Positions 1 through 13,245 of a DNA stretch of 64,000 nt are shown here, in pieces. Position 1 is the stretch's first letter. Every line of letters starts with the position of its first letter. The translations under genes and the position numbers were made by a program. The notes under the pieces were generated by a model. The model did no database searches and was not told the DNA's origin. It saw only the letters and a program-made list of their open reading frames with translations. The DNA comes from Octopus vulgaris. Lineage: Eukaryota. The stretch lies in NCBI GenBank assembly GCA_951406725.2, contig OX597815.1, positions 208,506,001-208,570,000 of the forward strand, given 5' to 3'.

Positions 1-510
1 CGGATATCACTAAAAGTTCATTTCCTTGATTCACATCTGGACTTTTTTTGCAGAGAACCTTGGAGCAGTGTCTGATGAGCAAATGGAACGCTTTCATCAC
101 AATATTGCATCGATGGAACAACGATATTAAGGATTTTGGAATGCAGGAATGTTAGCTGACTACTGTTGGATGTTATACGGGGATGAACCTGAGACAAAAC
201 ACCATAGAAAGTCCAAATCGCAAAGATTTTAAGTTGTTTTGCATTTGAGTGTATTCTAACTTATTTGTACACAATAATTTTAATTTTGTACCATGAAAAG
301 CCATGAAATTATCGTATCTTGTATTCAATATACTTTATATAGACATGCTTTACGTATCCTATAAGTTAAAACAGCAGGTATCATTAACAGGAAAATGTGA
401 CCTGATAGAGGAAATCGGATTTCAGATTCGTAACCAGCATCAAAAATTAACCCAGAAAAGTCAATCAGTAACTCTGAGGATTAAAAGAAATTTCATTTTG
501 TTGACCAGTA
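1..510 (+). mobile_element. 3' end of a decayed Chapaev3-like (CMC) DNA transposon with transposase C-terminal remnant
   Basis: 1-232 translates as RISLKVHFLDSHLDFF/AENLGAVSDEQMERFHHNIASMEQRY*GFWNAGMLADYCWML...*, with a +1 frameshift in the T-run at 43-49 and TAA at 128-130. The motif resembles Chapaev3 transposase C-termini as I recall them. Terminal-like TTTTGTTGACCAGT at about 496-509. Confidence 0.7.
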
Positions 511-679
511 TAATTATCAGTGATTTTCAACCAGGGGCCTCATGGCCCTTTTGTTGTTTAAGTTATACATTTATGTATTTTGCAAGATTCCTGATGTGAA
601 ATCGTGTGTTGAAACAAATATTGTTATATATGTTGGGGGAGGGGGGTGTATGATTTTTTTTTTGCCAATTAAATACAAT

Positions 680-1046
680 CTTTTATTTGCTTCAGTCATT
701 TGACTGTAGCCATGCTGGAGCACTGCCTTTAGTTGAACAAATTGACCTCAAGACTTATTCTTTGTAAGCCTTGTACTTATTCTATCAGTCTCTTTTGCCA
801 AACCACTAAATTAAGGGGACGTAAACACACCAACATTGGTTGTCAAGCGATGGTGGAGGTGGAACAAACACACACACATATATATATCAGGCCTTTTTTC
901 AGTTTTCGTCTGCCAAATCCACTCACAAGGCTTTGGTCAGCTTGAGGCTATAGAAGACACTTGCCCATGGTGCCATGCAGTGAGACTGAACCCGGAACCA
1001 TGTGGTTGATAAGCAAGCTACTTACTACTCAGCCATGCCTGCACCT
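680..1046 (-). mobile_element. tRNA-derived SINE, family A
   Basis: Reverse copy of the ~400-bp family (tRNA-like head with A/B-box-like motifs, internal TA/TG repeat, ...GACTGAAACAAGTAAAAGAG tail) seen about 20 times in the window. Confidence 0.85.
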
Positions 1047-1721
1047 GTTTATCTGTACTTTTTATTTGATCTTTACATCAGTTTTTTATGATGATGATGA
1101 TGATGATGATGATACTATAGGCCTGTGCTAAAATTTAAGTTTTTATATAAATATCATGCATAACACAAATTCCAGAATTACTGCTGCCCCAAGCTTGTTC
1201 TTGTATATTTTGTACATCTCTAATTTTAAAGTTCCTGAAAAAAAAAAAAAGAAAGAAAAAAGGGGTGGTCATAGTCGGAGTGTCTTTCGATCAGAGTTGA
1301 CCTGGTGTTAAACATACTTTTCCTTTCGCAAAATGATCACACTCTTTTTTTTGATGAGTAGGCACTCTGTATGAATAATATAAACATTTTGCGTAGCGAA
1401 CCAAGCAGGTAAGCCCTACGTTAAAAATAGCAGCCAAATTACTCGTACATAAACATAACAGGATAATGTCAGTGAGGGTACAATACACGAAAAAAAAAAA
1501 AAAAAAACCCCGATTGTCTTACCAATATAAAGCTCTGGTATAAACGGACAACAAGCACATTGTTTTGCATAAACAGCCTAAAGTTTCGGGGAGTACCCTT
1601 TCCCATCACTTTCCGACTAATTTATTCCAGTTTTAACTATTCATACTCACTAATAATCGACGCTGACGATCAATAGTTTCGGCAGATTCTGATGTTGGCA
1701 CAAGCATGCCCCACCGCGGCC

Positions 1722-2015
1722 GATTTTACTTCTTTGTAACTTTCAAACAAATTTTTATATTCAAATGAAATTTTCTACAAATACCTTTTGTATCGGAATA
1801 TTGGGAGAGAAATGGTGGATAGACACACATTACACACTAACTGACATCGCATAATTTTTGCAAAATTCATTTGTCTTTGAATGTATGTGTATTCGCCCAC
1901 CGCTTTCCCACATTAAATTCTGATATAACAGTAATCAACATCACCTGAAAGGTGTTTGTAGAATATTTCATTGCTAATATATCCACTGTTATGAAAGTTG
2001 CGAGAAGACAAAGTT
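1722..2015. repeat. Degenerate inverted repeat, probably a MITE remnant
   Basis: About 1722-1790 (...AACTTTC...AATGAAATTTTCTACAAATACCTTT) is an imperfect reverse complement of about 1945-2015 (AAAGGTGTTTGTAGAATATTTCATT...GAAAGTT). Confidence 0.55.
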
Positions 2016-2694
2016 TATGGGGCACAGTTGTGTAGTTATGTTCTAATGTTTACAGTGAACAGGTCGCCGTCTTAAAGCAACGGAAATATTTTGACAAATT
2101 AAACTTAAATGTTGAAGTGAATCGAACGGCTTTTGTCTGTTTCTTAAATGGCTTACAAACACCTTCCACGCTGCAATTGTTTACAATATTCTCAGGTAAA
2201 CATACACTACCTTACCGACGTGGAAGGAGTAAAATAAATGTAATTTAATAATCTTTAAAGTAAAAGTCGTCATTATAAATATTTATAAAATAAACCTCGT
2301 ATGTCAGATATGAAAAAATATAATCGAAGAAAAAGATGTAATGTGCAAAACGTTGCCACGTGTAGAGAGACGTTCGTTTTATGTAAACACTTTCCACTAC
2401 AAAAGATAATGCTAGTCATAACAAACAACTAGTAAAAGCGAGAAATAACCCGATAAAGATTAGGAAATACCAAAGCGTGTATTGTTATAGAGTGTAGCTA
2501 GAAAGTTAAAACACCCACAACGATTAGGAGGTAGAGATATTTCAGCCTCTACCCTTTTTACTATGATGCTAAGTCATTAAGTTACGATTTGTGAATGGCA
2601 TAGCAACGCATGGGCGATAGTTTTTACGCGACACCGGTTTATGAATGAACAAACTATAAATTGAAAACGAGGCTGTTGACAACCCACAACAAAA

Positions 2695-2839
2695 ATGGCC
2701 GACCAAGAACACGTGGATGATTCTGTTACCACTTTCAAAGAGCTTGGAATTAATTCGTGGCTGGTCGATCAGTGTCAGGTGGTCGGGATTTCCAGGCCGA
2801 CTCCCATACAAATCAACTGCATACCGGAAATTCTGAAAG
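2695..2839 (+). CDS. DDX49: First coding exon of DEAD-box RNA helicase DDX49/Dbp8
   Basis: MADQEHVDDSVTTFKELGINSWLVDQCQVVGISRPTPIQINCIPEILKG contains the conserved F and the Q-motif (PTPIQ) and closely resembles the DDX49 N-terminus (FAELGLSSWLVEQC...PTPVQ..CIPAILEG). ATG context AAAAATGG. Phase-1 donor AAG|GTAATG at 2840, just before the expected motif I (AKTGSGKT). Confidence 0.88.
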
Positions 2840-3520
2840 GTAATGTACGTTTTAAGATATCTGTGAAACATTACCAGCTGTGGGTTTGTTGCTAGACTAC
2901 ATCTGCGTACAACTCCAATGTTGTTTACACCAGCACGTGCTTTTTCCTCCCCAATTTGATCAGGTGTTAAATTAAAAATTCTTTTCTGACAGTTAAAATA
3001 AATGATTTTAACATATGTATGATACCCTGAAATATTTGTATTCGTAGAACTGGTTATGTTTTAAGGTTTCGTTTATTTCAGTGTTAATTAAGAAACTTTT
3101 TTAATTCAATGAATATTTGATAGAACACTCGCCTAAGTTTAAGATATACTTTAAAACTTTCTTATATATATATATATGTATATATATATATAATCAAGAA
3201 GATTTGTAAAAGATTAATGGTAGCTCTTGTTTTATTGTTTCTTTTACTGTTGGTTGCCACGTTATTTTGTTCTGGAATTTGCAAAAATTGTATCTGTGAC
3301 ATACTGGGGTAGATTAAATCAATTACGCACTTTCCCTCAAAATTTGTGGCCTTGTACCCAATTACTAAGCTACTAAAAACTTAGGGATGTATACTTTATT
3401 TGGCCGGCTTTCGGAATATCTCTCTGCTTCATGGGAAAGCAAAATGACCAGGAAGTGGTTAGATTTTCACAGAGACCCGTTATATTTACTTTGGAATTGT
3501 GATCTATGTAAAGCGCGTAA

Positions 3521-3691
3521 TTGAGAGCTTGAAGTGTGTAGGTGTTACATTGAGAGCTTGAAGTGTGTGGTGTTACATTGAGAGCTTGAAGTGTGTGGTG
3601 TTACATTGAGAGCTTGAAGTGTGTGGTGTTACATTGAGAGCTTGAAGTGTGTAGGTGTTACATTGAGAGCTTGAAGTGTGTAGGTGTTACA
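3521..3691 (+). repeat. Minisatellite, 6 x 28-29 bp TTGAGAGCTTGAAGTGTGT(A)GGTGTTACA
   Basis: Six near-identical head-to-tail units with no spacers. Confidence 0.95.
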
Positions 3692-3899
3692 TCAGATAAA
3701 TGTAAACAAATGTGCAGTGACTATGAATAAGAAGGAAGTGAAGGAAGTTTGATTGGCACCAATTAACCGCAATTCGCTTTACATTTCTCATATGTACTCC
3801 CTCAGCCATAGGCATACCTGGTGAAGAGTTCGAGGGTACAATATGGCTGACGAGAGGAATGAGTTGGGAGTGTTTGAACCCGTGTGGCCCGACGCTAGT

Positions 3900-4240
3900 C
3901 AGCTTTGAAGAGCAGATATCACCGTAGAAACAGTAGAAAAGGCTGTGTGGCGTGAAAGCACGCTTATGGGTCAGGGACTTCATTGCAATCGAGTGGTCTT
4001 TTATAGAATGCAATCTGGGATGTCTGTATGTGAAGTAGTAGTAATAGTAGTTGTTCTTGCTCCTTGCAGGTGTCATTTTGAGTTTTGTAAAGCTTTTGGT
4101 GTTACTGAAGAGGATGACTGACCTTTGTGATGCAGTATTTACTATGTTGAGGAAGTTTGATAACCAGTTGGAAGGTTCCCTAATGATATTGAGGTCTAGC
4201 ATTTTCTCCATAATTGTGGGTTCTGGCTATATTCAGTACA
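3900..4240 (-). mobile_element. Decayed Ty3/Gypsy-like pol (RT N-terminus) fragment
   Basis: EKMLDLNIIREPSNWLSNFLNIV resembles Gypsy (M)LxxGIIRPSxSxWSSPxxxV; THKRAFTPHSLF resembles HKTAFTTPxGLF. Heavily degenerate; may continue through the G/T-rich 4.6-8.5k region. Confidence 0.4.
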
Positions 4241-4610
4241 TGTGTGGTAAGTAGCTTGCTAACCAACCACATGGTTCCGGGTTCAGTCCCACTGCGTGGC
4301 ATCTTGGGCAAGTGTCTTCTGCTATAGCCCCGGGCCGACCAATGTCTTGTGAGTGGATTTGGTAGACGGAAACTGAAAGAAGCCTGTCGTATATATGTAT
4401 ATATATATATGTGTTTGTGTCTGTGTTTGTACCCCTAGCATTGCTTGACAACCGATGCTGGTGTGTTTATATCCCCGTCACTTAGCGGTTCGGCAAAATA
4501 AGTACTTGGCTTACAAAGAATAAGTCTTGGGGTCGATTTGCTCGACTAAAGGCGGTGCTCCAGCATGGCCGCAGTCAAATGACTGAAACATGTAAAAGAG
4601 TAAAGAGAGT
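4241..4610 (+). mobile_element. SINE family A
   Basis: Near full-length copy with slightly truncated head, ending GTAAAAGAGTAAAGAG. Confidence 0.9.
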
Positions 4611-5039
4611 ATGTTTACAGGGTGGCAAGATAATACAAGTGTGTTGTGATTGTACCTTTGGGCTGTTGAAGAAGACAAGATTGGCTTGATCTTCTTGGAG
4701 GATGTCTCTGAGCTTTCTATTCACAGCATCTGTACAGGTTTTGGTGTGAGGTGTTAAGATTCATGTGGATGATGTTTGGGTGTGGAAAATTATGGAAGAG
4801 AAATGGTTGTCCCATCCTCATAGCATTAGGCATTGTTAAGGTGACAGCAAGTATTGTAACTCATTGCTGTATTAGAAGAAGAGTGTGTTGGACAATGTGT
4901 AACCTTGAGGTTTGCCTGTTGGAATTGCATTAACACTTGCTTTGATGATCTCATTTGACAAGAAACAAGAGAAGGATGGAATTCACAGGCATGTAATTTT
5001 GGTTGGAAGTTTGCATGCCAAGCATAGACGAATGCTGAG

Positions 5040-5330
5040 ATTGTCGTTGTTGTCGTTTAACGTCAGCTTTCCATGCTGGCATGGGTTGGACGATTTGACT
5101 GAGGACTGGCGAACCAGATGACAGCACCAGACTCCAATCAGAATTTGGCAGAGTTTCTACAGCTGGATGCCTTTCCTAATGCCAGCCACTCTGAGAGTGT
5201 AGTGGGTGTTTTTATGTGCCACTGGCACGAGGGCCAGACAGACAGTACTGGCAACGGTCACTGAAAATCGTGTTTTTTTTTTTACGTGTCACCTGCACAC
5301 CGGCACAAGTGCCAGTAAGGTGGCGCATAA
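5040..5330 (-). mobile_element. RTE-LINE 3' end / RTE-tailed SINE, family B
   Basis: Reverse copy of the GGAAGGGCATCCAGCTGTAGAAA...CCCATGCTAGCATGGAAA...(GAT)n end that terminates the RTE LINE at 18520-19738. Confidence 0.8.
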
Positions 5331-5649
5331 TGTTGAAATTTATGAAGAGCAATTGATTCACTAGTGAGTGATATACTTGAGTAGGTCTTCGATAGATCTG
5401 GCCTAACAGAAGCTACACTGTTGTTCATTAAGAAGAGAGAAAGATTCGAATTATTGAAGAAGGCTGTTATTAAAGGTTTGCTTCATCACTTTTGAGTTAT
5501 TGGAAAATGTTTGTGTTAAGGTGATTGCCTTTTGAGATTGGGGTTCGAGATATGTTGGAATATATCACTACAGATTGTGAATGAAAGATTTTGCAGAAGT
5601 TCATAAGGATAGGAGTTAATTCTAGCTTGAATTCTTTGAGGCTAATAGA

Positions 5650-6026
5650 AGGCGGTGAGCTGGCAGAAACGTTAGCATGCCGTATTTCGTCTGCTGTTAC
5701 GTTCTGAGTTCAAGTTCCGCCGAGGTTGATTTTGCCTGTCATCCTTTCGGGGTCAATAAATTAAGTATCAGTTACGCACTGGGGTTGATGTAATCAATTT
5801 GTCTGTCCTTGTTTGTCCACTCTGTGGGTAGTAAAGAAATAGGTATTTCGCCTGCCGTTACGTTCTGAGTTCAAATTCCTCCAAGGTCGACTTTGACTTT
5901 CATCCTTTTGGGGTTGATTAAATAAGTACCAGTTACGCACTGGGGTCGATGTAATCGACTTAATCTGCTTGTCTGTCTTTGTTCGTCCCCTGTGTTTAGC
6001 CCCTTGTGGGTAGTAAAGAAATAGGT
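5650..6026 (+). mobile_element. SINE family C with tandem duplicated body
   Basis: Head GGCGGTGAGCTGGCAGAA, GAGTTCAAATTCC B-box-like motif, CATCCTTTCGGGGTCGATAAATTAAGTACCAG-type domain present twice. Confidence 0.85.
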
Positions 6027-6362
6027 AATAGAAGAAACAATGTTAAGGCTTGTAATCTTAAGTGTTTTGAAGTGACTGGAGATGCTTTCGTACCACATGC
6101 ACGTATGATGTGTGTATGTATAGATACATGTGCTCATACATGTGGTGGTGAGGCTGGTGGAATGGAAAGGGACTGTTTTGGAGGAGAGTTAACTTGGTGT
6201 GCAGATTCAGATGCAAATAAGGTTGCAAATATGGAGGCTTTCTCTGCAGGGCTTCTGCTTACATGTCCATAATGTTTGAAAAGTGAAAGTAAAGAGGATT
6301 TTGGAAAGTCATTAGAGATCTGTTTTGGCAAGAGAACCAAAGGATTGACTGCAGTTTGGCAG

Positions 6363-6750
6363 ACTCTTTTACTTGTTTCAGTCATTTGACTGCGGTCATG
6401 CTGGAGCACTGCCTTTAGTCAAACAAATTGACCCCAGGACTTATTCTTTGTAAGCCTAGTACTTATTCTATCGGTCTCTTTTGCTGAACCACTAAGTTAC
6501 GGGGACATAAGCACACCAGTATCGGTTGTCAAACAATGCTGGGAGGACAAACACAGACACACAAACATATCCACACACATATGTATATACATATATACAA
6601 CAGGCTTCTTTCAGTTTCCGTTTACCAAATCCACTCACAAGGCTTTGGTCGGCCTGAGGCTATAGTAGAAGACACTTGCCCAAGGGACTGAACCCAGAAC
6701 CATGTGGTTGGTAAGCAAGCTACTTACCACACAGCCACTCCTGCGTCTAT
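6363..6750 (-). mobile_element. SINE family A
   Basis: Full-length reverse copy. Confidence 0.9.
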
Positions 6751-7095
6751 AAGACTGTGTAATGCATGAAGATCTTAACGTTTTGCTTGGTGGCCTTACA
6801 GGAGTTGTGTTGACTGTGTAAAAGCTGTTTAATTGGAATGTCGTGTAGGCTGTGTCCTTTGCCTGCAGTGTAGTTATAACTGAATCACTGGAGGCTGAGG
6901 GATCTAGAGAGATATGCCGAAAAGGATTAGTTGAATCCACTGGCTAAGCTGTTTAGAGCAGAACTCATAGGATGCTGCAAATCAGCCGACATGAAGTGCC
7001 ATAAGGCCTATTGCATAGTGTTTTGTTATGGGGTGCAATGTGGTCAGTATTTCTTAGGTAGGGATTAAATTTGGAGGAGGGGAGGGAGAGAGAGA

Positions 7096-7325
7096 TTAAC
7101 CCTTTTGTTGCCTTAATTCTGTCGAAACACTTTGTGTTTCTTTCACTTAATTTTAAATATAACGAAGAATTTAGTAAAGTGACTTAGTTATCATTTAGCT
7201 AATGTTGGGAACATAAATTGTGATTAAGGTTCTGTGGAAGATTTTAAGTCAGAAGTTTTGAAAACAAGACATTTGTACTATAGAGCCAGAGATGGTTTCA
7301 GGCAGGTTGGTATCAAAGGGGTTAA
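7096..7325. mobile_element. TTAA-flanked MITE (piggyBac-like), family M2
   Basis: TTAACCCTTT...AAAGGGGTTAA ends. Related copies at 11748-11978, 43450-44095 (SINE-interrupted) and 55585-55806. Confidence 0.7.
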
Positions 7326-7544
7326 GGATGTTTGGAGTGGCTGTGCGTCAGTCAGGGGATGTACAGAGGGCATGAAACTAATTATTGATGTAGAGAGTTA
7401 ACTTATTTGTCTCCATATTTCTCTTGAAATATATTTTTGTTTCAGTTAATTTTTGAAAGAACTAATCTAATAAACTAACTTTCTCCTTAAAAAGCTGGTG
7501 TTTGGAACTATCATAACATTTTGACAGAAGGCTTTAATTTAAAG

Positions 7545-8020
7545 CACTTGAAGACCTGTTGGGGCAAGTGAAATCGGAATCGAAATTGAACCAATCCTAT
7601 GACTGGCACCCGACAGATGCCAGGACCCCTGGACTGGAGATATGAAAAAGCACTATCCGAATCGTGGCCGATGCCAGTGCTGCCTTGACTGGCTTCCGTG
7701 TCGGTGGCACGTAAAAAGCATCATCCGAATCGTGGCCGAAGCCAGTGCCGCCTCGACTGGCTTCCGTGCCGGTGGCACGTAAAATGCACCAATCCGACCG
7801 TGGCTGATGCCAGCCTCGCCTGGCACCAGTGCAGGTGGCATGTAAAAAGCACCCACTACACTCACGGAGTGGTTGGCGTTAGGAAGGGCATCCAGCTGTA
7901 GAAACATTGCCAGATAAGACCGGAGCCTGGTGCAGCCTTCTGGCTTCCCAGATCCCCGGTCGAACCGTCCAACCCATGCTAGCATGGAGAACGGACGTTA
8001 AATGATGATGATGATGATGA
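7545..8020 (+). mobile_element. RTE 3' end, family B
   Basis: Internal ~60-bp GTGCCGGTGGCACGTAAAAAGCAC repeats and (GAT)n tail. Other copies at 9332-9572(-), 10515-10850(+), 11390-11656(+), 15003-15380(-), 16315-16674(+), 25325-25800(-), 49928-50266(+), 55950-56460(-) and 59114-59378(-). Confidence 0.85.
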
Positions 8021-8754
8021 AGACAAGAAGTTTGTGCCATAAAATAAAGAGCAAATAAGTTAAAGATTGTTAAGATTCAGTTTCTGCATTGGCACTTTAG
8101 TGTGGGATTAGTATGAGAGACAAGTGGAGTTGTGAGTAGTCTTGTGGTTGATGTCTTCAGAGCGTGGAATTACGTGAGATGACTGTCTTCTGCAGATGAA
8201 GAGATATGGTTGAAGAGTTGTTGATTGATGGATTTATAGAATGGTTGAGAAAGTAAATTTATATAAAGTGGTGAAGGGAACTCTTGAGATATATTTAGAG
8301 GTGGGAAGTAAGTGGAAATCTTTGTTCATTAATAACAGGAAGAATGATATCTACAGATGCATTGACCCTATTGTTCAGAGTGAAGTTACAGTATAGAGTG
8401 GAACCTGGTCAGCAGAGACAGACCATAGATAAACAGTGATAGTGTCTTGGAGGACAACAGAATGTGTGGTTTGTCTATAAATGGTGATGTGTACCTGTGT
8501 GTGGGGTGTCTAAGTTGGATAGGAATCAATGGTTACTAGAGAAGGGAGAATTCTGCAGTGGGCTTAACTCTTCAGCATTCAGATTACTTTGTCAGATGTA
8601 TTCACATTGTTTTAGATTAATCGTGCATCATCTTGTAGCTATGAGATTTCAGTGATGTGATTGTTTCTTTTTGAATGACATAGGGTAGGTGTGTGAGGCT
8701 GGATCTGGCTGTTTTGAACATAAAGTAGGTGAATGATTAGCTTGGCCAAAAAAT

Positions 8755-9035
8755 AATGGGTTTGCACCTAGTAAGTTCCCCTCTGAGGCACAAGTCCATG
8801 TAAGGTTGTTTACGGAAGACCAACAGTCGCCCATGCATATCAGCCGCCCCTCTCCAATTAATGTTATCCAAGGGAAAGGCAAAGGACAATACAGTTTGGC
8901 ATAACTTATTTCTACGACTGAGTTAACTGGAGCAACATGAAATAAAGTGTCTTGCTCAAGAACACAACACCCAGTCCAGTCTAGGAATTGAACTCACTAC
9001 CTCTTGATTGTGAGCCTGATGCTGTAACTACTGAG
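8755..9035 (-). mobile_element. tRNA-derived SINE, family E
   Basis: Shares the TTCTTGAGCAAGACACTTTATTTCA...GCTCCAG core with copies at 32519-32857(+), 41580-41905(-) and 21150-21638(-). Confidence 0.75.
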
Positions 9036-10327
9036 GGTTTAGTATTACTTTTTGACCGTAAAGTGAGTTTGGAGGGTGTTGTTCACTGAATTCTTGATAA
9101 CATAAAGGCAGGAGCCGTGTCTTTATGTTGGCTACTGAGTAATCACTGGTATTCAAGGGCCAAGAGGGGATGTATTAAACCGAGTCATGTAATGAGTTTG
9201 AACCCTGCCCTCATTCACCAAAGGAAGAATCTTCCAAACCATACACTATTTGACTACATTAACTACAGCACCTAGATAATATGAGGACTGAGGGTCAAAC
9301 AACATGTGCATATAATGTAGATATACACATATCATCATCATCGTCATCATAATCGTTTAACATCCGTTTTCTGTGCTAGCATGGGTTGGACAGTTCGACC
9401 GGGGTCTGTGAAGCCAGGAGGCTGCACCAGGCTCCAGTCTGATCTGACAGTGTTTCTGCAGCTGGATGCCCTTCTTAACGCCAACGACGCCGTGGGTGTA
9501 GTGGGTGCTTCTTAGGTGCCAGGGGAGGCTGGCAGTGGCCATGACCGGTTGGTGCTTTTTACGTGCCACCGGCATACACGTATGTATATACATATGCATA
9601 CACATATGTATATATACATAAATGTATATGCATGTAGTCATAAACATCAGTCATTTTTGAAAGAGCAGCGTGATCAGAGAAATACTATGAAGATGTGCAT
9701 ACATGAAGATACTAATGTAAATCCATTAGTATTTATATATTATCAAATGTTTCCAAAATTGCTGCGGATGTTCAGTCATACATTTCAGTGACTGTTCAAA
9801 TTATTATTAATATTACTTTCTTCACTATCATCATCAACATTATTGTTGTAACATTTTGTTACACGGAATGAAACTTAGCAATTTTTTTTTTTTTTTTTTT
9901 TAGAGGAAGTGAAAACTGTTAATCTATTTATCAAGCACAATTCTCTATTTAAGTTGTAAATTACTTCCCTTTTTTTTTTTCCTGTTATTTAATGGATGTA
10001 AAATCTGGTGGGGAGAAAAAAAACAACAAAAACCCTCACACACATACACAAAAAAAAAATATACTTAAGAGAAGATGGAATTTCCGACTGGAATAAAAAT
10101 TTGTTTTGATGTTGCATAATTGGTGCGAAACAGAGATAAAACTCAGTTGATTGATAAAATGCACTTTCATGAATGAAACTGATTTTTGTAAAGTTATTTT
10201 TATGTCAAATATTCATTTACAATTGTATATACGTTCGGTAATTTTACTGAAAGTCAAACAGCAATCCGCATAGATCATTGGTTTTTTTTACCAAGTAAAT
10301 TGATTTGAAATTAAGAATTTCCTGTTG

Positions 10328-10467
10328 AGTAGCTTGCTTACCAACCACATGGTTCCGGGTTCAGTCCCACTGCGTGGAACCTTGGGCAAGTGTCTTCTAC
10401 TATAGCCTTGGGCCGACCAAAGCCTTGTGAGTGGATTTGGTAGACGGAAACTGAAAGAAGTTCGTCG

Positions 10468-10498
<31 letters not shown>

Positions 10499-11058
10499 GT
10501 GTATTGAACCAGCCAGGATCCCTGGTCTGGTGGTACGTAAAGAGCACCATCCGACTCGTGGCCGATGCCAGCACCGCCTCGTCTGGCTTCCGTGCCGGTG
10601 GCACATAAAATACACCAACCCGACCGTGGCCGTTGCCAGCCTCGCCTGGCACCTGTGCAGGTGGCACGTAAAAAGCACCCACTACACTCACGGAGTGGTT
10701 GGCATTAGGAAGGGCATCCAGCTGTAGAAACACTGCCAGATAAGACTGGAGCCTGGTGCAGCCTTCTGGCTTCCCAGATCCCCGGTCGAACCGTCCAACC
10801 CATGCTAGCATGGAGAACGGACGTTAAACGATGATGATGATGATGATGATATATATATATATGCGTGTGTGTGTTTGTCCCCCCAACATCACTTGCCAAC
10901 TGATGCTGGTGTGTTTACGTCCCCATAACTTAGCGGTTCGGCAAAAGAGACCGATAGAATAAGTACTAGGCCTCCAAAGAATAAGTCCTGGGGTCGATTT
11001 CCTCAACTAAAGGCGATGCTCCAGCATGGCCGCAGTCAAATGACAAACAATTAAAAGC
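10328..11058 (+). mobile_element. SINE family A split by a family B insertion
   Basis: Family A 5' half 10328-10495, family B 10515-10850, family A 3' half 10851-11058. The insertion sits in the internal TA repeat. Confidence 0.85.
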
Positions 11059-12054
11059 GTATATGTTCTGATAATTTTCATTTCAGTTTTTCTCTCTCTC
11101 TAGTTATTCCCACCTACCTTTATATAGTGAATCTGCCCCTTCTACAGCAAGACAGCTGTCCTTGTCCCTTTATCATATTTTAACCTTTCAACACATAACA
11201 TAAATCTATCTCCCTTTCTACTGCAACCCCCCCCCCCACTTGGTTGTGGGAGCATTTTTGCATTCTTTGTCTTGTAAGTTACTTGGTGATTTCACTAGTG
11301 CCACTGCTGCAATCAACCTCTCAGTTTCTGTGTGTGACATCATCAATTTTTGTTCGATAATAAACATGAATGTTAGTACTTATAAGTTGCCCTGGCCCCG
11401 TGCCGGTGACACGTAAAAGCACCATCCGATCATGGCCGTTTGCCAGCTCTGTCTGGCACCTGTACGGGTGGCACGTAAAAAGCACCCACTACACTCACGG
11501 AGTGGTTGGCATTAGGAAGGGCATCCAGCCGTAGAAACACTGCCAGATCTGACTGGGCCTGATGAAGCCTTCCAGCTTCACAGACCCCAGTTGAACTGTC
11601 CAACCCATGCTAGCATGGAGAACGGACGCTAAATGATGATGATGATGATGATGATGTCGGTATTCATATCTACTTTGTAGTGACCTGACCAAACAGCTCT
11701 TTTTCACTCAATCATTTGCACCCTTGCTCTGTGTGTTTGTATTTGTTTTAACCCTTTCGTGACCAACCTGGCTGAAACTGGCTCTGGCTCTATAGTACAA
11801 ATGTCCTGTTTCCATAAATTTTGAATTAAAATCTTTCACCAAAAGCTTAGTCACAATTTATGATCCTAACACTAAGCTTATTGATGACTAAGTTATTTTA
11901 CTAAATTCTTTGTTATATTTCAAATAATTGAAAGAAGCACAGAGCATCTCGAAATAAATACGGTAACGAAAGGGTTAATGCATGTGATGAATTTAAAGTT
12001 CAGTGTATGATTCAGAAGCAAGCAGTCTGCTCCCCCCACCCACCTTTTTTTCAA

Positions 12055-12502
12055 AATCCTTTAGCGTTCAGATTACTCTGTCAAATGTAATGCTTATTTA
12101 TTCAATATTGATTTGAATCAAGCATTATCTTGTAACCTTTTGATTTTAACCCTTTAGCATTTAAACCGGCCATATCCGGCCAAAAGTATTCTGCCTGTTT
12201 TATGTTCAAACTGGCCACATTTGGTCTCACACCAACCCTACAATATCGTTTTAAAAATTAACAGCTACCTCATCAAAATCTCATAGCTACAAGATAATGC
12301 AAGATTAGTTCAAAACAGTGTGGATAAAAAAAAGCATTAATTTTGGCAGAACAATGTGAACACTAAAGGGTTAATGATGTAATTGTTTATGTTCAAAATG
12401 ACATTGTGGGCTAGATGCAAGACACCAGATCTGGCCAATTTGAACATAAAGCAAGTTGAATATTTTGGCCAGGTATGGCTGGATTAAATGCTTAAAGGTT
12501 TA
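12055..12502. mobile_element. Nested TTAA MITEs, family M1
   Basis: TTAACCCTTTAGCATT...CTAAAGGGTTAA copy (12146-12374) inserted into an older copy. Further copies at 12574-12790, 13906-14134, 38344-38572, 41318-41544 and 60230-60457. Confidence 0.75.
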
Positions 12503-13245
12503 AATCTTGTATTCAACTAAAGAACTGTGACTTTATCTAGTAGTGTATTGAAAAAAATGTGATGCTTTAGTTTTAACTCTTCAGCATTTAATCCAGCCTT
12601 ACCCGGGCAAAATAATTTACTTGTTTTATATTCACACTGACCAGATCCAACCTCTTACACTTACCCAACAATGTCATTCTAAAAATATACTAACACACCA
12701 TTGAAATCTTGAAGCTACAAGGTAATGTTTGATTAATTCAAAGCAATGTAAGAGCCATACATTTGACAACAAATATGAATGCTTTAGTTTTAAACTCTTC
12801 ATTGCAATTCAGCTTACTTGGTCAATAGATATAACTTACTTCAGGTTACACACTTGGGTTGGGAAAGAAAAAATTTAATACCATTTAGTAGTTGTGAATA
12901 GGCGTAGAAGTGGCTGTGTGGTAAGTAGCTTGACAACTGATGCTGGTGTGTTTGCTTACCCGTAACTTAGTTGTTCGACAAAAAGAGACCGATAGAATAA
13001 GTACTAGGCTTACAAAGAATAAGTCCTGGGGTCGATTTGTTCGACTAAAGGCGATGCTCCAGCATGGCCACAGTCACATGACTGAAACAAGTAAAAAGAG
13101 TAAAGAGTGCGGACTCATAATTTTTAGATTTAGTAAAACCCAATGCACGTTATATCTGAATACTTGTGGTGTATTCGAATTGTATTCATGCTCCTTTTTG
13201 CACTGACATGGGAGAACTACAGGAAACTTGCTTGACTGTTGACGT

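Noticed and set aside
2840-2895. ORF continuation NVRFKISV... after the DDX49 exon
   Set aside because: Similarity stops at the GT donor; this is intron read-through.
3521-3691. 28-29 bp repeats resembling a CRISPR array
   Set aside because: Units are contiguous with no unique spacers, and the context is eukaryotic; it is a minisatellite.
7653-7985. Recurrent 'protein family' ORFs (MLAWVG...DALPNANHS; MLGGQTQ...RHLPK)
   Set aside because: Chance ORFs inside SINE A and family B copies.
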